Origin: Patescibacteria group bacterium
GTDB taxonomy: Bacteria > Patescibacteriota > JAHJAL01
Assembly: GCA_049322675.1 (NCBI GenBank)
Contig: JBMORM010000025.1
Location: 128,520 to 192,519, forward strand
Direction of reading: 5' to 3'
Length of the DNA: 64,000 nucleotides
Both the position numbers and the translations under genes were made by a program. A model generated the notes under the pieces. The model saw nothing but the letters and a program-made list of their open reading frames with translations. It was not told the DNA's origin and searched no databases. This document shows positions 59,242 to 64,000 of this stretch, one piece after another; position 1 is the first letter of the stretch, and each line of letters starts with the position of its first letter.

Positions 59242-60024
59242 CTATCGATTTTGGTTCTTCTCGTCTTCATCAAAAAACATTTTTATGATTATTATAGTGC
59301 ATGAGAAATTTTTGATAAAGTCGTTATATATTTCTGTATCTTTTTGATATAAGCCAAATTCATATCCTGAAAAGAATGTAGCTTTGTGACCAATAAGATT
59401 TGTTAAATTATGCAAAACAATATTGGTAACTTTTACAGTTTTGATTTTATCTTCAGAAATCTTGATTTGGACTTCGGCACCAGGTATTTTGGCATAATTT
59501 GGATTCGTATTTTCGATGTAGTTTAATGGTTTTGGTTGATTATCTTCTGTCCCGTCTTTTGTATTTATGTATTCGTTTTTTTTATTAATGAAATATTCAA
59601 CAAAAAAATTATATACTATCGCGGGATTGATGTCTTCAATTTTTTTTCTCAAATTTTCAACAAACGAGTGATATTTGTCTGATTCATTAGTTTGTGCGTT
59701 TTTCGGGAGATTTGATAAGCAGTATACAATGCCTGGACATCGATGGATGTTTTGAAAATATTTAATAATATTTTTAAAGGTATCTGTGTTTGTTTCGAGA
59801 AATTTCTCTTTTTTGGATTCGAAGTGATTAAGAAAATCTGGGTTGATTATTGTTTGTTTTACTTCATTTTCATCATTGATTGTTGGGATGGGGTTAATAT
59901 TGTTTTGGAGCTTAAAGAATAATGGATGGTGAGGAACAAAATATTCTTCAGTTTGTTTTCTTTCAAGATTTGACAATATGTTTTGATCAAACGAGGCGAA
60001 TTTTTTTGGTTGATCCAAAGACAT
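59242..60024 (-). CDS. Hypothetical protein, 260 aa
   Basis: ORF only. Confidence 0.35.
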   Translation of the reverse strand: MSLDQPKKFASFDQNILSNLERKQTEEYFVPHHPLFFKLQNNINPIPTINDENEVKQTIINPDFLNHFESKKEKFLETNTDTFKNIIKYFQNIHRCPGIVYCLSNLPKNAQTNESDKYHSFVENLRKKIEDINPAIVYNFFVEYFINKKNEYINTKDGTEDNQPKPLNYIENTNPNYAKIPGAEVQIKISEDKIKTVKVTNIVLHNLTNLIGHKATFFSGYEFGLYQKDTEIYNDFIKNFSCTIIIIKMFFDEDEKNQNR

Positions 60025-60093
60025 AAAAAATTACCAGGATTAAATATAAATCATCCTGGTAGTGTAACATTTTATTGATTGTTAATCAAGATT

Positions 60094-60549
60094 TTAAGCT
60101 GCTTTTTCCAATATATGACTGTTTGGTTTTAGTGTTGCGAATGAGATATTGTTTGGTAATTCTTGATTCGGATAATGCAACTTATGAATAAATGTTTTAT
60201 AATCTTCCAGTGTTTTTTCAAGATGAAGAATTAAGAATATTTTATCGGAATTTTGAATATGTTTTGGTAGATTAAAAATCGCAGTATTGTCTAGTATTTG
60301 AAATGAAGAAGGGTTGAGAAGATTTTTAGGTTTGGGAAATTTGCTCCAAGCTTGATATAATCTTTCTTTATCAATGGATGGATGGTAGAAAACTTGGGAA
60401 GTTAGTTTTATTTTTTCTATATTGCTTGCCTGTTTTTTAGATTCCGGAATATAGATATATAATTCCTCATTATTTGGAAGAATATCCAGAGGGAGACTTA
60501 TGTCTTCCTGGTCAGAAAAGTTTTTTTCAAACTTTGATAAGGGTGTCAT
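60094..60549 (-). CDS. Hypothetical protein, 151 aa
   Basis: ORF only. Confidence 0.3.
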   Translation of the reverse strand: MTPLSKFEKNFSDQEDISLPLDILPNNEELYIYIPESKKQASNIEKIKLTSQVFYHPSIDKERLYQAWSKFPKPKNLLNPSSFQILDNTAIFNLPKHIQNSDKIFLILHLEKTLEDYKTFIHKLHYPNQELPNNISFATLKPNSHILEKAA

Positions 60550-60625
60550 AAAAATAGATTATTTCTTTCTTAACTTTATATTAACTTGCAAACATTAAAA
60601 AAAGATTAAGATTTTATTGAGAATA

Positions 60626-61747
60626 CTATTCAATTATTGGTTTGTCAATCAATAAGGGCTCAATAGTGCTTTCTTTGTCTGTTAGACGAGAGATATCTTT
60701 GTCTATTTTTTTGAATTCTTTGTAGCCGTCGTTGTATTTGTTGACGGTGGCTTGAAGATTTTTGCCGATTCCTTGCATGTAACTATCATATTCATGTAGG
60801 TGGCGACTAAGATTTTGGACGTTTTTGATAATTTCTTTGACCGATTCTTCGACTTGAAGTGATTTTAAAGCTTGTAAGACAGTTTGCAGGTAGGCAAAAA
60901 ATGATGTTGGCGAGACGATAATTACTTTCTTGGAAAAGGCGTATTCGATCAAATCTTTCGAATTGACATTGGTGGTGCCGACTTTATAAATGAGCAAATT
61001 GTAATAAATGCCTTCGGCAGGAATAAACATAAAGGCGAAGTCGGTAGTATTTTCTGATGGGCGGATATATTTGGCGGTTTCATCAATACGATTTTTGATA
61101 TCCATTTTGAATTGTTTTTCCAGATTATCTCGTTTGGATTCTTCTTTTTCTTCCATAATAAGGTTGTATTTTTCCAGGGAGAATTTGGCATCGATTGGGA
61201 TGATTTTGTTTTTGACAAAAATAGCGGCGTCAACTATCTCGCCATTGGGGAATTTGTATTGCATTTGATAGTGACTGGGAGGCAAAATATTTCCTAGTAA
61301 TGTTTCCAGGAAATACTCTCCCAAAATACCTCGTTGTTTGGGATTTTTTAGAATATTTTCCAAACTTTGCATCTGAGTAGCAAAGTTGACAACTTGTTTG
61401 TTGGTCTCATCAAGTTTGGTTAATTTTTCGGTGACTTCTTGGATGGTTTTTGATGAGTCGGCACTGATTTTACTGATAGTTTGGTTGCTGATAGCAAATT
61501 GTTTTTGCAGGGTTTCATTTGATTTTTCCAGTTGTTGATTGATGTTTTGATTGGAATTGATAAGTTGTTGATTGGTTTCTTTTAATCGATCGTCGATTTG
61601 TCTGGTTAATTCGTTTATTTGGTTCTGTAGTAAAAGCAGAGTTTGATCTTGGGAAGAATCAACTTTGGTTTTTTCCAGCTTGAAATAGAGATAGACAAAG
61701 ATAATTATTAGTAAAATGCAGATGATGACGTAAAAGATGTATTGCAT
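60626..61747 (-). CDS. rmuC: DNA recombination protein RmuC
   Basis: N-terminal TM segment, long coiled coil, and a C-terminal RmuC nuclease-like domain (LGEYFLE...FPNGEIVDAAIF...IDAKF). Confidence 0.7.
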   Translation of the reverse strand: MQYIFYVIICILLIIIFVYLYFKLEKTKVDSSQDQTLLLLQNQINELTRQIDDRLKETNQQLINSNQNINQQLEKSNETLQKQFAISNQTISKISADSSKTIQEVTEKLTKLDETNKQVVNFATQMQSLENILKNPKQRGILGEYFLETLLGNILPPSHYQMQYKFPNGEIVDAAIFVKNKIIPIDAKFSLEKYNLIMEEKEESKRDNLEKQFKMDIKNRIDETAKYIRPSENTTDFAFMFIPAEGIYYNLLIYKVGTTNVNSKDLIEYAFSKKVIIVSPTSFFAYLQTVLQALKSLQVEESVKEIIKNVQNLSRHLHEYDSYMQGIGKNLQATVNKYNDGYKEFKKIDKDISRLTDKESTIEPLLIDKPIIE

Positions 61748-61751
61748 GGGA

Positions 61752-61825
61752 TAATTTTTAATTTTTAATTTCTAATTTTTAAACATATTTTGTTTAAAAA
61801 TTAGAAATTAAAAATTAGAAATTTT
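61752..61825. repeat. Inverted-repeat element (TTTTTAATTTCTAA / TTAGAAATTAAAAA units) between rmuC and truB
   Basis: taatttttaatttttaatttctaatttttaaac-atattttg-tttaaaaattagaaattaaaaattagaaatttt. Confidence 0.65.
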
Positions 61826-62540
61826 GTGTTTGCTGATTTTTATGGTGTTGAAGACGAATTATGAGGTCTGATGGTAAATGGTGAGAATTTTTGTGTTCCC
61901 ACTCCCCTACTCTTGTGCGAATTAAGTTGGTACAGTAACCGCCTGTTTTAAGGATTTGGCCTAGATCATGAGCGATAGAGCGAATATAGGTGCCGGAGCC
62001 GCAAGTGATTTTCAGGATTAAATTAGGATATTTATATTTTTTTATCTCTATGTTATATATTATAACTTTTTTGGGTGACAATTTAACAGTTTTGTTATTT
62101 CTGGCCAACTGATAAGCCCTTTGGCCATTTATTTTTTTGGCGGAGAAGATTGGAGGCATTTGCGATATTTCGCCGATAAATTTTTCAGATATGATTTTTG
62201 CAATTTGTTGTTTGGTTGGGAGTGGTTGAAAATTTTCAACCACTACAATATCGCCTTCCGGGTCGTAGGTGCTTGAAGTAAAACCAAATTTGATAGTTGC
62301 TAAATATTCTTTGGGTTGGGATTGGATCTCGATAATTTTTTTGGTGTCGGTATCGGTGCAAATCACTAATACTCCTTCGGCAAAAGGATCGAGGGTACCG
62401 GCATGACCGATTTTTTTTGTAAAAATATCAGATGAAATGATATTTTCTAACCAGGGAATATTGTCTTTTTTTATTTTTTTAATAATTCGAATGCAATCGT
62501 AAGATGTAATATTGGTTGGTTTGTGAATATTGAGAATCAT
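61815..62540 (-). CDS. truB: tRNA pseudouridine(55) synthase
   Basis: GHAGTLDPFAEGVL catalytic Asp motif; TruB-size protein. Confidence 0.8.
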   Translation of the reverse strand: MILNIHKPTNITSYDCIRIIKKIKKDNIPWLENIISSDIFTKKIGHAGTLDPFAEGVLVICTDTDTKKIIEIQSQPKEYLATIKFGFTSSTYDPEGDIVVVENFQPLPTKQQIAKIISEKFIGEISQMPPIFSAKKINGQRAYQLARNNKTVKLSPKKVIIYNIEIKKYKYPNLILKITCGSGTYIRSIAHDLGQILKTGGYCTNLIRTRVGEWEHKNSHHLPSDLIIRLQHHKNQQTQNF

Positions 62541-62595
62541 TTTTTATTTATTTGTAAATTAAAAAAGAGAAAAACATTTTTCTCTTTTTTGCTAA

Positions 62596-62677
62596 TGGGC
62601 GAGAGAGGAATCGAACCTCCATGGATTGCTCCACATGCTCCTAAGGCATGCGCGTCTGCCAGTTTCGCCACTCGCCC
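62596..62677 (-). tRNA. tRNA-Leu (anticodon UAG), type II with long variable arm
   Basis: Folded by hand. Acceptor GGGCGAG/CTCGCCC; 3-bp D stem; anticodon stem CATGC/GCATG with loop CTTAGGA (U33, UAG, G37); variable hairpin TGGA-gcaa-TCCA; T arm GGAGG-TTCGATT-CCTCT; discriminator A. No encoded CCA. Confidence 0.85.
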
Positions 62678-62992
62678 GCGTCGGAACCGATCCTATCGTT
62701 ACATGAAAGCCAAAAACTTTTCGGACGGGCAGGTCGCGACCTGCACCTACGGTTAGGATCGGTTCTTCCTCTACAAAAAAATTTCTGCGACAATTTTTTT
62801 GTTATCAACTACATTAAATATACGATTCTGCCGTTGTTTGTATGCCAAAAAATATTGGAAGATGGGATCTTGTATTTTTAAGCTGGTTGGGGTATAATGG
62901 TTTGATTTGAAATATTTTGGGGTAGTTATGGAAAAAATATCCCAAGCAAGAGATATTTATATATTACCAGAAATAAATAAAAAAATAAAAAT

Positions 62993-64000
62993 ATGAAGAA
63001 GATTCTTTTGGCTTTATTTGTATTACCGATTTTATTGATCGGTAGTTCCAACATGGTAAAAGCAGATGCAACTACAGGTTATGATTACGAGGTAGTTGGA
63101 AAATCAGATAATGCGGAGATATATCAAGGTAGTCGAGTTATTTTATGGGTAAAGATAAAAAATACTGGGACAAAACCATGGTATAACTCAGAGATTCCTG
63201 ACGGCAAGGATGGAGGGTGGATTGAAATGATGTGTAAGCCAAATTCGACAGTAGTATCGCCAGGTGATTGTCCATTTTATACTGAAGGAAATTGGCAGAA
63301 ACCTGGAATTTTACGTCGAATGGACGAATCAATAGTTTTGCCGGGACAAACAGGTAGTTTCGGTTTTTATGCTACTCCAGGGGAAACGTTGGTTCCTGGT
63401 GAATATAGATTAAATATTGTCCCAACTATAGGTTTATTGGATTCTGAAGGAATTGGATATGAAGCAACATTGTTGCCAGATAAAGGAATTTCGTGGACGA
63501 TCAGAGTATTGCCAAAAATTCAGACCACTGAAATATATGCGGCTGAGGTGGTAGGTCCAAAAGAAATTATTTTGGGAATGAAAGATTTGGATCAGTTGTG
63601 TTCCGATGAAGAAAATCAACAGGCAACAACTTTGCTGACTCTGGGAGAAAATAAAAATATTAATGTTGATTGTGGCAAATATTTACAAACGAGAGAGGTA
63701 CAAGTAAGATTTGATGTTAAAAATATTGGGAATGTACTTTGGAGACGAAATGAGGGTTTTCCGATTCATATTGCGACTTTTGTCCCTAGAGATCGATATA
63801 GCTTGATTTATCATAATAGTTGGTTGGGTTTTAATCGTCCGGCCGCTATTGACGGTGATAATATCGCAAATGGAGGAAATACGAGTATTTCTTTTAAGAT
63901 TAAAGTGCCAAATACTTTGTCTTCTGGACAGAATGAGTTGATTGAATCATTTTGGCTTGTGGCTGAGGGCAAACAATGGTTTACCAATACTGGGTTGATG
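62993..64000 (+). CDS. Secreted protein with repeated beta-sandwich-like domains (3' partial; continues past window end)
   Basis: ATG at ~62993. Signal peptide MKKILLALFVLPILLIGSSNMVKA. Repeat domains (KIKNTGTKPWYNS; DVKNIGNVLWRRNEGFPIHIATF) are paralogous to the C-terminal repeats of the L,D-transpeptidase at 47515-48777. It is not in the supplied track because no stop codon lies inside the window. Confidence 0.55.
   Translation, partial: MKKILLALFVLPILLIGSSNMVKADATTGYDYEVVGKSDNAEIYQGSRVILWVKIKNTGTKPWYNSEIPDGKDGGWIEMMCKPNSTVVSPGDCPFYTEGNWQKPGILRRMDESIVLPGQTGSFGFYATPGETLVPGEYRLNIVPTIGLLDSEGIGYEATLLPDKGISWTIRVLPKIQTTEIYAAEVVGPKEIILGMKDLDQLCSDEENQQATTLLTLGENKNINVDCGKYLQTREVQVRFDVKNIGNVLWRRNEGFPIHIATFVPRDRYSLIYHNSWLGFNRPAAIDGDNIANGGNTSISFKIKVPNTLSSGQNELIESFWLVAEGKQWFTNTGLM

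Noticed and set aside
62681-62775. Possible second tRNA next to tRNA-Leu
   Set aside because: Hand-folding gives a 10-11-bp terminal stem and no T-loop, D-arm or anticodon arm on either strand. It is kept as an unclassified structured element rather than a tRNA.
62523-62881. 77-aa ORFs 62523-62756 and 62648-62881
   Set aside because: They overlap tRNA-Leu and the adjacent GC-rich structured element. Their high GC content and lack of a start context indicate non-coding sequence.

Overview
This is a low-GC (~35%), gene-dense bacterial window. The gene content points to a reduced genome of the Patescibacteria/CPR type: split transketolase, a bacterial Elp3 homolog, a giant sortase-type surface protein, and sparse biosynthesis. 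That placement is inference only. Most of the window is housekeeping. Recognised on the plus strand: nfo-like endonuclease IV, a DUF192 lipoprotein, a SAM methyltransferase, Elp3, RNase HI, a UvrD-helicase/PD-(D/E)xK nuclease fusion, tmk, prfB with its programmed +1 frameshift, ftsE-ftsX with an EnvC-like M23 peptidase, a U32 peptidase, an SPFH protein, gap-pgk, tig-clpP, and a Y-family polymerase. Recognised on the minus strand: tgt, two RluA-family pseudouridine synthases, secF-secD, mannose-1-P guanylyltransferase, dus, cysS, recR, an L,D-transpeptidase, a LytS/LytTR-type two-component pair, a LOG-family protein, a PfkB kinase, split transketolase, rpe-rpiB, rmuC, truB, and tRNA-Leu(UAG). 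The accessory or unusual content is as follows. (1) Two families of AT-rich miniature inverted-repeat elements, built from heptamer tandem repeats (GGAAATT/GAAAATT/AGAAATT type and AATGAATAAT type), occupy many gene junctions and sometimes supply gene start codons. (2) Three GC-rich palindromes share GTAGGGGCG arms. (3) The cysS gene has its HIGH signature replaced by TIAN. (4) A HicB-HicA toxin-antitoxin pair sits upstream of two large unknown proteins and a 1176-aa DUF11-repeat surface protein with an LPKSG sorting signal. (5) A ~44-bp promoter/operator is conserved in front of two large unknown genes. (6) A secreted-protein operon contains a perfect 3x45-bp tandem repeat. (7) A sigma-70 region-4 + HARE-HTH fusion protein sits next to a membrane-anchored TraG/VirD4/HerA-like ATPase. 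(8) Uncharacterised structured GC-rich elements lie beside tRNA-Leu and between cysS and dus. All protein calls rest on motif recognition by eye; no database search was possible. Coordinates that I refined by hand may be off by 1-2 nt.
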